Positions 40,071 through 49,325 of a stretch of DNA of 64,000 nt are shown here, one piece after another (positions within the stretch are counted from its first letter, which is position 1; every line of letters begins with the position of its first letter). Source of the stretch: an uncultured Candidatus Entotheonella sp. (GTDB lineage: Bacteria; Tectomicrobia; Entotheonellia; Entotheonellales; Entotheonellaceae); the NCBI GenBank assembly GCA_965215335.1, contig CBDCDA010000001.1, positions 128,001-192,000 of the forward strand, given 5' to 3'. Made by a program: the position numbers and the translations under genes. Below the pieces are notes generated by a model. It had not been told where the DNA came from and searched no databases. It saw nothing but the letters and a program-made list of their open reading frames with translations.

Positions 40071-40346
40071 ATGATCAAGAGCATCAAGCACAGGGCGCTC
40101 CGCAACTACTGGACACGAGGTCGAACCAAGGGGTTGAACGCTGAATGGGTGCAAAAGCTGCGCCGTATTCTCGCGGCGCTCAATGCTGCTGAGAGACCGG
40201 GGCAGATGAGCTATCCAGGGTCCTATTTTCATCCCCTGAAAGGAGACCGGAGCGGACGCTACGCCGTTCGCCTCACGGCCAATGTGCGGGTCACCTTTGA
40301 GTGGGATGACGGCGCCGTTGACGTAGACATTGAGGACTACCACTGA
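40071..40346 (+). CDS. higB: HigB-type (RelE/ParE superfamily) toxin
   Basis: MIKSIKH, FHPLKGDR, VRLTANVRVTF and C-terminal EDYH. Confidence 0.88.
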   Translation: MIKSIKHRALRNYWTRGRTKGLNAEWVQKLRRILAALNAAERPGQMSYPGSYFHPLKGDRSGRYAVRLTANVRVTFEWDDGAVDVDIEDYH

Positions 40347-40651
40347 TGATCGACAGACATCCCTCCGTAGACCCGGTGCATCCGGGCGAAATCCTGCGCG
40401 AGGACGTTCTCCCCGCGCTTTCCATGAGCGAGACGGCTGTGGCCGACGCCCTGAAGATATCCCGCCAGATGCTTTGCGATATTCTGAACGAGAAGCAGCC
40501 CGTCACCGCCGAGATAGCCGTTCGCTTCGGCAAGCTGTGCGGCAACGGCCCCGGCTTCTGGGTCAATCTGCAGCGCGCCTACGATTTGGCGATTGCGCAG
40601 CGATCCGTGGACGTGTCCGGGATACCGACCCTCGACGTGTATCCGGGGTAG
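40346..40651 (+). CDS. higA: HigA antitoxin
   Basis: HPGEILREDVL and FWVNLQRAYDL motifs; coupled to the toxin gene. Confidence 0.9.
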   Translation: MIDRHPSVDPVHPGEILREDVLPALSMSETAVADALKISRQMLCDILNEKQPVTAEIAVRFGKLCGNGPGFWVNLQRAYDLAIAQRSVDVSGIPTLDVYPG

Positions 40652-40674
40652 ACACCCCTGAACGCATACCCGAC

Positions 40675-40870
40675 GAGGTATTCGCGGACGCTATGCTGAC
40701 CGTCGAGGATGACCGGCGGGACTACGGCGAGGCACGCTTTATCACCATCGGATTTCTCGATGACGTCATGGTGGTTCTCGTTCGGACGCCTCGCGGGGCG
40801 CCATGCATCGTGTCGTCCGCATGAGGAAAGCCAATGACCGGGAACGCAGGCTCTGCACCGCCGGGATTTT
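40675..40870 (+). pseudogene. BrnT-family toxin remnant
   Basis: EDDRRDYGEARFITIG...VVLVRTPRG, then a frameshift to MRKANDRERR; no N-terminus. Confidence 0.75.
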
Positions 40871-40932
40871 GATGCGACACGGCACCGGAAGGGCGACTGT
40901 TTGCAGCGGCCAGCCATCAATGTCCAGGTCCA

Positions 40933-41262
40933 GACGACGCGCTGGCACGGGGCGGTTGGTTCCATGTCCGCTTCATGGACGACATCCTGGTGCTCACGCC
41001 GACGCGCTGGAAGCTGCGGCGAGCGGTCAGGGTGGTCAATGAGGTGCTCGCGTCCCTCAAGCTGCGCAAACATCCTGCCAAGACGTTCATCGGTCGCGTC
41101 GAGAAAGGCTTCGACTGGCTGGGCTATCGTCTGACCCCGGACGGCCTGCGCCTGGCGGCCCGAACCGTCGCCAACTTCATCGCACGTATTACCCGGCTTT
41201 ATGAGCACACGTCCGGGCGGCCCGACCGCGCCGCCCGACGGGGGGAATGCGTGCGGCGCTGG
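40933..41262 (+). pseudogene. C-terminal fragment of a group II intron-like reverse transcriptase
   Basis: HVRFMDD, KHPAKTFIG and GFDWLGY motifs (RT domains 5-7); upstream domains absent. Confidence 0.82.
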
Positions 41263-41465
41263 GCATCAACCTGCAGACGTCCTTTCTCACGCCGCCCTTC
41301 GGGTTTGCGCTGTTCTACTTCCGGGGGGTGGCGCCGGCCTAGGTCACCACCGGACAGATTTACCGCGGCATCATCCCGTTCGTCATCATCCAGATCGTCG
41401 GGCTGCTCCTCGTCGCCTTCTTCCCCGAGCTGTCGACGTGGCTGCCGCGCTACGTGTTCAACTGA
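41258..41465 (+). repeat. Direct duplicate of the dctM 3' end (39323-39530)
   Basis: 203 bp aligned by hand with 8 mismatches, plus a different last codon and stop. Confidence 0.95.
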
Positions 41466-41862
41466 GGCGGGGGTCAATCAGCCTTTTCGCACGGATTTCT
41501 CCGTATGCAGACGGGAGGGGCATGGATAGCCGAGAGCAGGCGATGAGCAAGTAGTACCAGCGAGGTGCACGATGACGCTTACGGAGCTTCACACGATACC
41601 GTCTCGATTATGAGGGCTTTGAGCATTGAAAGCGCCAGCGATAGGCCATATATTAGCCGTACTTCACCCGGGCATGCGATAAGCCGTACAGGGGAACAGC
41701 CATGAAGATGGAGACGGTGGTTATCGCAGGCTTAAACGGTGCCGATAGCTGATGCCGACCGACACGATACCTTCCGGGACGAACGATTCTTCTCTGCCCC
41801 TTGGCTCAATGCGGTTATGTAGTGTGTTGCCATCGACGGGATTTGGGCGTCTGCCGGGGAAT

Positions 41863-42120
41863 CTAGCGCTTTCGCCCTGCGCCGGGCCGTATTATCTGTG
41901 CATCCCATACGTCTTCATATGCAGTGACGCAGTTCCTATACTTCAACGCATTATCGGGGGTGGGTTCGACAAAGGCGTACTGATTGCATTCAGGAGGGCG
42001 GTCTGAGACGCATATCGGTGCCGCCACACCCAGAGGACTGCCGTAATCTGCCGCGAGTGCACCTTGGCGTGTGTCGGAAGTGCTCCAGTAGTAGTCAGCA
42101 TTCAGGCCGCCGCGATCTGA
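41863..42120 (-). pseudogene. 3' remnant of an unknown gene cut by an IS end
   Basis: 85 sense codons without a start (SDRGGLNADYYW...GRKR*) abutting the IS end at 42121. Confidence 0.4.
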
Positions 42121-42145
42121 GAGTCTGTTCCATAAGTCATCAGGC
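42121..42145 (-). mobile_element. Orphan IS5 (IS1031-group) right end
   Basis: GAGTCTGTTCCATAAGTCATCA matches the reverse complement of 43113-43134 with one mismatch. Confidence 0.75.
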
Positions 42146-42176
42146 AGCCGTCTCAGCAGAATTACGCGGCCTCTGA

Positions 42177-43134
42177 GAGTCTGTTCCTAAAGTGGTGAGT
42201 GGTCCCGACATGTGGTATTCCAAGTTGATTGCAACACCACTTGGAGGGTTCCCATGCCTTGGAACAGGACCACTCGTAAGGATTATACACGTGACGGCAG
42301 ACGCTACGAAAGCGACGTGACAGACAAGGAATGGGCGATCGTCGAAAAGCGATGCTGCCCAAACAGGGACGCCTGGGGCGCCCTCGCGAGACGGACTTGC
42401 GCGAGGTCTTCAACGCCATCCAGTACGTGCTTGCCACGGGCTGCCAGTGGCGGGCGCTGCCGGGCGATTTCCCGCCCTATTCCACGGTCATCAACTACTT
42501 TTACAGGTGGCAAAGTATCGGCGTTTGACCGCATGATGGATGCCCTTCGTGATCTTGCGCGGGCGGCGGCGGGCCGAGGGGCTGAGCCGACAGCGGCGAT
42601 TATCGACAGCCAGAGTGTGAAGACGACGGAGAGCGGTGGACCACACGGCTATGATGGCGGTAAGAAGGTTGTAGGCCGCAAGCGTCATATCGTCGTTGAT
42701 GTCGAAGGCTCTCCGATCGTGGTTGAGGTCCCACGAGGCGTCAGTGCAGGATTGAGACGGGACGCCGGCCGTGATTGCGGCGCTCTGTGAGGTGGCGGCG
42801 AGCATCAAGAAACTGTTCGCCGATAGCGGCTATGCGGGTCCAAAGCTACAGGATGCGTTGCAAGACCTGGGGGTATCGGCGGTGATTGAGATTGTGCCCA
42901 AACCCGAGGGCGCCAAAGGCTTTACGGTCTTGTCCCGTCGTTGGGTGGTGGAGTGAACCTTCGCCTGGATGGGGCGTTGCCGTCGTCTTGCAAGGGATGT
43001 CGAGCGGACTCTGGCGAGTTCTCTGGCGTGGGTGAAGCTGGCCGGGTGTCGGTTCCTGATGCGAAGGGTGGCTCGGTGCCAGAGCCTGCGGTCTTCTTCG
43101 GAAATCGCCGCTTGATGACTTATGGAACAAACTC
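42177..43134 (+). mobile_element. IS5 family (IS1031 group) element with a decayed transposase (about 42254-43115)
   Basis: IRs GAGTCTGTTCC / [39 protein letters not shown] and RWVVE motifs; several frameshifts and stops. Confidence 0.85.
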
Positions 43135-43275
43135 TAATGTGCGTTCCGTTTGAGATTAAGAATTCTTCCGAATTGATCCCCCTGTGAGGCCGCCTTGCTG
43201 CAACTGGACAAGGTCTCTCTGAAATTCTCGGTTTCAAAGTGAATGCACTTCAAGATATGGCGGCGGAAACCCCGC

Positions 43276-43467
43276 CTATGATTCGGTCTCCCTGATTTCG
43301 ATCCGCAAGCCCTTGACCAGCAATGCAAGCGTGGCTTCGACGCCTGTCAACCGTTCCTTGACGGTCGCCGTGTCGCCGCGCATGGTGTCGAGGCGGGCAT
43401 ACATGCGCCAGTTCCACGCCGCCATCCCCAAAAACCCCGCCACGATAACGCCCAGCTCAAGATTCAT
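43276..43467 (-). CDS. Small membrane-anchored coiled-coil protein
   Basis: Shares WRMYAxLD and DxAxVKERL with 32500-32712; GGAG RBS. Confidence 0.72.
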   Translation of the reverse strand: MNLELGVIVAGFLGMAAWNWRMYARLDTMRGDTATVKERLTGVEATLALLVKGLRIEIRETES

Positions 43468-43569
43468 CCGTTGTTCTCCCTTTCACTTTCACCGTTTTCA
43501 GTCACACGCCCGAAGCGGTATGGTGTTGCGGCTCGGAACACCTCCGAAGCCAGGCGTGGTGATGCGCGC

Positions 43570-44649
43570 TTAACCCCGCACCAGCCGGTGATAGGCGCCG
43601 TCCGTGATCTCCGCCCACGGGCTGACCTGTGCCTGGAACCTGGTGAACGACTCGTGCACCTTCCTGGCCATCGGGCTCCTGGTCGCCTCCTCGGCCAGCA
43701 CGTCACGCGCCAGGTTGCGCAGCCTGTCCATGACGTCGGCGGGGAAGGGGAGGATTTCCACCTGCCCCTGGTATCTGGTTCTGAGGGTGTCGAGCGCGAC
43801 GATGTTCTTGGCCTCGTACTCCGCCAGCATCTGCTCGCTGCAATGGCTCGCCGAGTAGTCCAGAATGGCCTTCAGGTCGGCGGGCAACGCTTCATAAGCC
43901 TTGCGGTTGAAGGTGAACTCGCCGGTGGTGCCGGGCTCGTGCCAGCCGGGGTAGTAGTAGTAACCGGCGGCGTTGTGCAGGCCGAGCTTCATGTCATCGT
44001 GCGGCCCCACCCATTCCGAGCCGTCGATGACGCCGCGTTCGAGGGCCGGGAAAATCTCGCCTCCCGGTGTCAGCACCACCGTCGTGCCCGCCTCGGCGTA
44101 CACCTTGCCGCCCAGACCCGGGATGCGGAATTTCAGGCCCTGGAGATCGGCCATCGAGCCCAGCCTGTTCTTGAACCAGCCGCCCATCTGGTTGCCCGTG
44201 GTGCCCCCCGGACGTGGAATCAGGTCGAACGCCGCGTAGGTTTCCTCCCACAGTTTCAGCCCGCCGCCCTGGTAATACCAGGCGTACATGCCGCGCGGAT
44301 TGAGGCCGAACGGCATGGCCGTGAACCACTGCGTGGCCGGCTCCTTGCCGGCCCAGTAATAGGCCGCGGCGTTGAACATCTGCAGGGTGCCCTGCAACAC
44401 CGCATCGAAGACGCCGAACGCCGGGATCAACTCGCCCGCCGCGTACACCTGAATCTTCAGCCGCCCCTCGCTCATTTCGTCCACGACCTTGGCGAAGCGC
44501 ACCGCGTTGCCCTGCAGCACGTCCAGAGCCGGCGTCCAGCTCGTCGCCAGCCGCCAGCGATACCGCTTCTGCGCCTGCACCGCCGGCGCCGCCAGCGCCA
44601 CCCCTGCGGCGCCCAGACTCAAGTTCCGAATCAACGTGCGTCGCTGCAT
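43570..44649 (-). CDS. dctP: TRAP transporter substrate-binding protein (TakP-like), Tat signal
   Basis: MQRRTLI signal, QMGGWF, KFRIPGLGG, EWVGP and YYYPGWHEP motifs. Confidence 0.92.
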   Translation of the reverse strand: MQRRTLIRNLSLGAAGVALAAPAVQAQKRYRWRLATSWTPALDVLQGNAVRFAKVVDEMSEGRLKIQVYAAGELIPAFGVFDAVLQGTLQMFNAAAYYWAGKEPATQWFTAMPFGLNPRGMYAWYYQGGGLKLWEETYAAFDLIPRPGGTTGNQMGGWFKNRLGSMADLQGLKFRIPGLGGKVYAEAGTTVVLTPGGEIFPALERGVIDGSEWVGPHDDMKLGLHNAAGYYYYPGWHEPGTTGEFTFNRKAYEALPADLKAILDYSASHCSEQMLAEYEAKNIVALDTLRTRYQGQVEILPFPADVMDRLRNLARDVLAEEATRSPMARKVHESFTRFQAQVSPWAEITDGAYHRLVRG

Positions 44650-44876
44650 CACCTTCCTCCTCACGATGTTTCCGTCGCCTCGCCGCACGCCATCCCGTGC
44701 GCCCGCTGCACAAATCATTCGGTCAAGAACAAAGCCACGGTATCGTAGTTGCCGCCTGCATCGCAGTCAACATGCCGGCCTGACTGCCCGAAGGGCAGGG
44801 TCGCGGGTGACGCAAGCTTTTGGTTTATCGGTGCGTGGTCGAGGTCGGCGAGAGGGGAGCTCGAGTCGGTGGTGCA

Positions 44877-46724
44877 TCACATCACCCGCGCGTTCAGCCA
44901 CAGGTGGCTGAGGATGCTCGACAGGTATCCCAGGGCAATAACCGGCGCCCATTTCAGATGCCCGCCAAAAGTATAGAAGCCTCGAGCGGTTCCCAGCAGG
45001 GCGACCCCGGCAGCAGAGCCGATGGCCAGCAGGCTGCCGCCCGTGCCCGCCGTCAGCGTGACGAGTTGCCACTGGCCCAGGGACATGTCGGGGTCCATGC
45101 TCAGGACCGCGAACATCAACGGCACATTGTCGATGATGGCCGATAGCACGCCGGCCAGCGTGTTGGCGAGGGTGGGGCCAAGACCGGTGTAAAGGGTTTT
45201 CGAGATCAGGGTCAGATAGCCGAATTCGCCCAAGCCGGCCACGCACAGAATGACGCCGTAGAAAAACAGCAGGGTATCCCACTGGACGTGCGCGATGCGC
45301 TCCATGACGTCGAAGTTGCGCACCTGCCGCCGGTGTTCGGTTACGTCCTCGAACAGTTCCACCGCCCCCGCCAACTTTCCCTCCTCATCCGCGACAGGGA
45401 CGGCGCTGAACAGGAGATAGCGGCCGTCGTCGCCGAGGTTGTCGAAATACCGGGCGGCCTCATAGATGCGGTCCTCGGCGACACCATGACGCTGTGGGTG
45501 GTCATAACGCCTCCTGATAGCCCTGTCCCTGCCGTCCAGCACGAGATCGGAGAGCGACGAGCGGGCCTTGTCGTAAAACGGTTTCCACTGGTTCCGGGTG
45601 CCGACCATCTCCGCCGCCGGGTATCCCGTGAGGCGCTCCAGCGCCGAGTTCCAGTGCACGATGGTGTGGTTGGTGTCGATCATGAAGGCGGGGTAGGGCT
45701 GGCTCTCCAGATAACGGCCGAGGTCCTTGCCGCGGCGGCCAAGAAGGCGCAGCGGGTTGAGGCTTTCATCGGAACGCGCGCCGAGCAGGGTGCCGTAGAG
45801 ATATAGCCGGCCTTCCCGTTTCTTGAGATAGCAGGAAAAGGCACCCAGGTAGCCCAGCCCCAGCATCATGCCCGCCGACGCCGGAAGGCCCAGGAAAACG
45901 TGGAACCACACTGCGGTCGCTACCGTTGCCACAAAAAGCGCCATCATGACCTTGGCGCCGTGCTTCATGACGACCTTCTCATTGTCGGGGTCCGGCATCC
46001 CGTCTGACACGGCAAAGTGCATGATGAGGGCCGGCACCAGCCAGTTGATCCCGGACGGGACGACGATCATGAAAAATTGCTGAAACGCGACCTTCTCTTT
46101 CTGCCACACCATCAGGGTGGTAATGTCGCCGAACGGCGAGAAGGCGCCGCCGGCATTCGCCGCCACAACGACATGGATGCAGGCCAGGGTGATGAATTTG
46201 CGGTCGTTGCCGCCGACCGCCACGACCACGGCGCCCAGCAGCAACGCGGTGGTCAGATTGTCTGCGATCGGGGAGAACAGGAAGGCGAGGGCACCAGTGG
46301 TCCAGAAAACGCGCCGCAGCGAATAGCCGCGCGACACCAGGAACGCGCGCAGCCACTGGAAAACGTCGCGCTCTTCCAGGGCGTTGATATAGGTCATCGC
46401 AGGTAGCAGAAACAGGAACAGCCCGACGTACTCGGTCAGGCCGTGAAGGATGGCGTCCTCGGCGCGGTGGGACTGCCCTGTCCCGGCCCAGGCCAGGGCG
46501 ACCAGTATCCATATCAGGCCGGCGGCGATGAGTACCGGCTTGCTCTTGCGCATTTCGAGCCGGTTCTCCAGCGGCACCAGCGAATAGGCAACGACGAAAA
46601 TCACGAGGCTTGCCAAGCCATGGAAGGATCCGGCCAGCGCCAGCGCTTCGTCCGCGAACGCCGCGGCCCAGGCGTTCGCGGGTCCTGCCAACAATGCTGC
46701 CAGGAGGGCCGGTATCGTTTTCAT
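44877..46724 (-). CDS. nhaD: NhaD-type Na+/H+ antiporter with an internal PAS domain
   Basis: RKSKP, SPIADNLTTAL, ANAGGAFSPFGDITT, DNVP and GGSLLAIGSAAGV motifs; PAS-like insert at about 45330-45720. Confidence 0.85.
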   Translation of the reverse strand: MKTIPALLAALLAGPANAWAAAFADEALALAGSFHGLASLVIFVVAYSLVPLENRLEMRKSKPVLIAAGLIWILVALAWAGTGQSHRAEDAILHGLTEYVGLFLFLLPAMTYINALEERDVFQWLRAFLVSRGYSLRRVFWTTGALAFLFSPIADNLTTALLLGAVVVAVGGNDRKFITLACIHVVVAANAGGAFSPFGDITTLMVWQKEKVAFQQFFMIVVPSGINWLVPALIMHFAVSDGMPDPDNEKVVMKHGAKVMMALFVATVATAVWFHVFLGLPASAGMMLGLGYLGAFSCYLKKREGRLYLYGTLLGARSDESLNPLRLLGRRGKDLGRYLESQPYPAFMIDTNHTIVHWNSALERLTGYPAAEMVGTRNQWKPFYDKARSSLSDLVLDGRDRAIRRRYDHPQRHGVAEDRIYEAARYFDNLGDDGRYLLFSAVPVADEEGKLAGAVELFEDVTEHRRQVRNFDVMERIAHVQWDTLLFFYGVILCVAGLGEFGYLTLISKTLYTGLGPTLANTLAGVLSAIIDNVPLMFAVLSMDPDMSLGQWQLVTLTAGTGGSLLAIGSAAGVALLGTARGFYTFGGHLKWAPVIALGYLSSILSHLWLNARVM

Positions 46725-46902
46725 GATTGTCTCCTCGAATTTTGATGATCGAATGGCGGGATGGAATCCAAGTGAGAGGACCGCGGCTTCCTTGCGAGGG
46801 GGAGATCTCTCATTCTCGACCCGATCCGATGGCGGCAAGTCTTTGTTTGTGAACTGTTCGGGTTCTGTGAAAACTGACGCAGGCGGGTGCCTGAATACCG
46901 CC

Positions 46903-48042
46903 TTACGGCGCCTCGATCAAGTCCCGCCGCAACTCGACGCCGAGGCCGGGGGCCTGGGGAACGGCGAGACAGCCGTCCGGGCCGACGGCGGGCGGGTCTT
47001 GAAAGACGGCAAAGCCGTGGCGGTAGTCACCGACAGGGGGGTCATGGAGGATTTCCAGATACGGGGCGTGGGGGCAGGAAGCAACGAAATGCAGGTGGGC
47101 GACGATGCCGAGGTCCCAGGCGCCGTGATGGGGAACGACCTGCTTGCCGAAGGCGCCGGCCAGGACGCCGATCTTGCGGACGGTGGAGATGCCTTCGAGG
47201 ACGAGGCACTCAGGCTGCAGGATGTCGTACACCTCGTTCTGCAGCATGTGCCGGAACTCGTGCAGGCTGGTGTTGTTCTCGCCGCCTGCAATCGGCAACT
47301 CGACGCGCCGCCTCAGTTCCGCCAGTTGGTCAAAGGCGAAGCGCGGCAGGGGTTCTTCCAGCCAGGCGCAACCGAGCGCCTGCAGGGCGCGGGCCGTCTC
47401 GACGGCGCGGCGGAAATCCCAGCGCACGCCGGGCTGCCAGGCCCCGGCGGATTGCGCCTGGTTGGCGTCCACCATGAGCGCCATGTCGTCTCCCACCGCC
47501 TCCCGCACGGCTTCGACGGTACGGATGTCGTCGCGCATCGTTGGATGGTGAAGCCGCACCTTCAGCGCCTGCCAGCCGGCCTGTTGCAGGCCCGCCGCCT
47601 GCGGCGCCCGCTCGCCGGGGGTGGAAAGCCGCATCAGGCTGGCGTAGGGCACGACCCGGTCGCGTCCGCCACCCCAGAGCTTGTACAGCGGCTGACCGCA
47701 GAGCTTGCCGATCGCGTCCCACAGTGCGATGTCCACCCCGGCGGCGCCTTCATAGGGCAGGCCCGCGGCGTAATAGCCGAGGACGGCGGCGTGCCGCTCG
47801 CTGTCCAGGAGGTCCTGACCGACAAGCTGCCGCCGCAGCGCGGGCAGGAGGGCGGCGCTGCAGCCGGGCCCGATGCCCGCCAGGCCGGCGTCGGTGTGCA
47901 CCTCGACGTACGAGCCGCCGCCGATGCGAAGCGGCCACGTACCGCCCGGGTCCCACGCCGGCTCGACGACGCCCACCTCGCGCTCCGTCCGCAGACGAAT
48001 CAAGCGCACGTCGGTAATCCGTACATTCGGTCTGTCACGCAT
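46903..48042 (-). CDS. Mandelate racemase / muconate lactonizing enzyme family protein
   Basis: DIALWD, MVDANQ, WLEEP, GGEN motifs. Confidence 0.9.
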   Translation of the reverse strand: MRDRPNVRITDVRLIRLRTEREVGVVEPAWDPGGTWPLRIGGGSYVEVHTDAGLAGIGPGCSAALLPALRRQLVGQDLLDSERHAAVLGYYAAGLPYEGAAGVDIALWDAIGKLCGQPLYKLWGGGRDRVVPYASLMRLSTPGERAPQAAGLQQAGWQALKVRLHHPTMRDDIRTVEAVREAVGDDMALMVDANQAQSAGAWQPGVRWDFRRAVETARALQALGCAWLEEPLPRFAFDQLAELRRRVELPIAGGENNTSLHEFRHMLQNEVYDILQPECLVLEGISTVRKIGVLAGAFGKQVVPHHGAWDLGIVAHLHFVASCPHAPYLEILHDPPVGDYRHGFAVFQDPPAVGPDGCLAVPQAPGLGVELRRDLIEAP

Positions 48043-48144
48043 CCTTGGCCTCCACGAGTCCACACGGCATCGCGTGCTAAAATGGGCGCGTTCACATCTG
48101 GAAACAGCCTCACCGTTGCCGACAGCGCAACCGAAGGAATGCCC

Positions 48145-48333
48145 ATGCCCGACAACGTCTTACGGATTGAGCGACAGGACAAGATCGCCATTCTGACCCT
48201 GAACCGCCCCGAGCGGCTGAACGCCCTCAGCCCGGACTTGCGCCAGGAACTGGAGCAAGCCTGTCAGGACATGCGCCACGATGACGACATCTGGGCCGTG
48301 GTGCTCACCGGCGAGGGGAGGGGCTTTTGCTGA
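48145..48333 (+). pseudogene. Truncated enoyl-CoA hydratase (first 62 aa)
   Basis: LTLNRPERLNAL...VVLTGEGRGFC then TGA; no room for the remainder before the convergent gene. Confidence 0.82.
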
Positions 48334-48349
48334 GGTAAGACGCTGCGCA

Positions 48350-49297
48350 TCACAGTGCGGCAAGGCGTTCTTCAACCGCGTGCGGCACGGCATAGCGGCG
48401 GTCCCACGGCCCCGCCTTCATGACCTGGCCCGGCAACGGGCGGCCGATCACGTCTTCGAGATGCCGGGCTGCGGCAACCAACTGGTCGAGGGCGACCCCC
48501 GTCTCCACGTCCATCGCGTGCAGGCAATGCACCAGGTCCTCGGTGCAGACGTTGCCGGTCGCCCCAGGGGCAAACGGGCAGCCGCCCAGGCCCGCCACCG
48601 ATGAATCGAAGGACTGCACGCCACGCGACATGGCGGCCAAGACGTTCGGGATCGCCATGCCCCGCGTGTTGTGAGTATGCAGGTTCCACTCGATGCCCGG
48701 AAATCTGGGCATCAGATACCCCAGAATCCTTTGCACCTGCGCCGGGTTGGCCATGCCCGTCGTATCCGCCAGGCTGATCCCCTGAAAGCCCAGATCGACC
48801 AGACGCGCCGCGATGGACGCCAGCTTCTCCAGCGGGATACGCCCCTCAAAGGGGCAGCCGAACGCCGTCGAGATACCGCCCTGCACCGGGATGCCGGCGT
48901 CGTGCGCCACCGGCGCCACGGCGGCCAGCTTGGCCAGCGATTCGGCCACCGTCATGTTGACGTTGGCCAGATTGTGGCTCTCGCTCGCCGACAGCACCGT
49001 ATGCAGCTTGTCCACCCCCGCCTCGATGGCCCGCACGGCGCCCTTGTCGTTGGGAATCAAGGCAGCGTACACCGTCCCCGGGCGTCGCTCGATGCCCGCC
49101 ATCACCTCGGCGGCGTCCCGCATCTGCGGCACCGCCCCGGGGTGCACAAACGACGTGACCTCGATGCGCGGCAGGCCCGCGGCGGTGAGACGATTCACCA
49201 TCTCGATCTTCGTTTCGGTCGCAATGAACTCCGGCTCGATCTGGAACCCGTCCCGCGTTCCCACCTCGCAAATCGTGACTCGCTCAGGCATCGACAT
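48350..49297 (-). CDS. HMG-CoA lyase family protein
   Basis: EVGTRDGFQ, HTHNTRG, GLGGCPFAPGATGN motifs. Confidence 0.9.
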   Translation of the reverse strand: MSMPERVTICEVGTRDGFQIEPEFIATETKIEMVNRLTAAGLPRIEVTSFVHPGAVPQMRDAAEVMAGIERRPGTVYAALIPNDKGAVRAIEAGVDKLHTVLSASESHNLANVNMTVAESLAKLAAVAPVAHDAGIPVQGGISTAFGCPFEGRIPLEKLASIAARLVDLGFQGISLADTTGMANPAQVQRILGYLMPRFPGIEWNLHTHNTRGMAIPNVLAAMSRGVQSFDSSVAGLGGCPFAPGATGNVCTEDLVHCLHAMDVETGVALDQLVAAARHLEDVIGRPLPGQVMKAGPWDRRYAVPHAVEERLAAL

Positions 49298-49325
49298 ATC
49301 GTTTCCTCACCCGAAAAGGCCACCC

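Noticed and set aside
39323..41465. Diversity-generating retroelement (RT next to a repeat pair)
   Set aside because: Only 3 of 8 mismatches involve adenine, nearly all are synonymous, the target is a transporter TM segment and the RT is a fragment.
41702..41752. Possible P-loop ATPase remnant (MKMETVVIAGLNGA)
   Set aside because: Only 16 codons with no GKT/S; too short to support.
46723..48333. 536-aa plus-strand ORF as one gene
   Set aside because: Mostly antisense to the racemase-family gene; only the last 62 codons (hydratase stump) look real.
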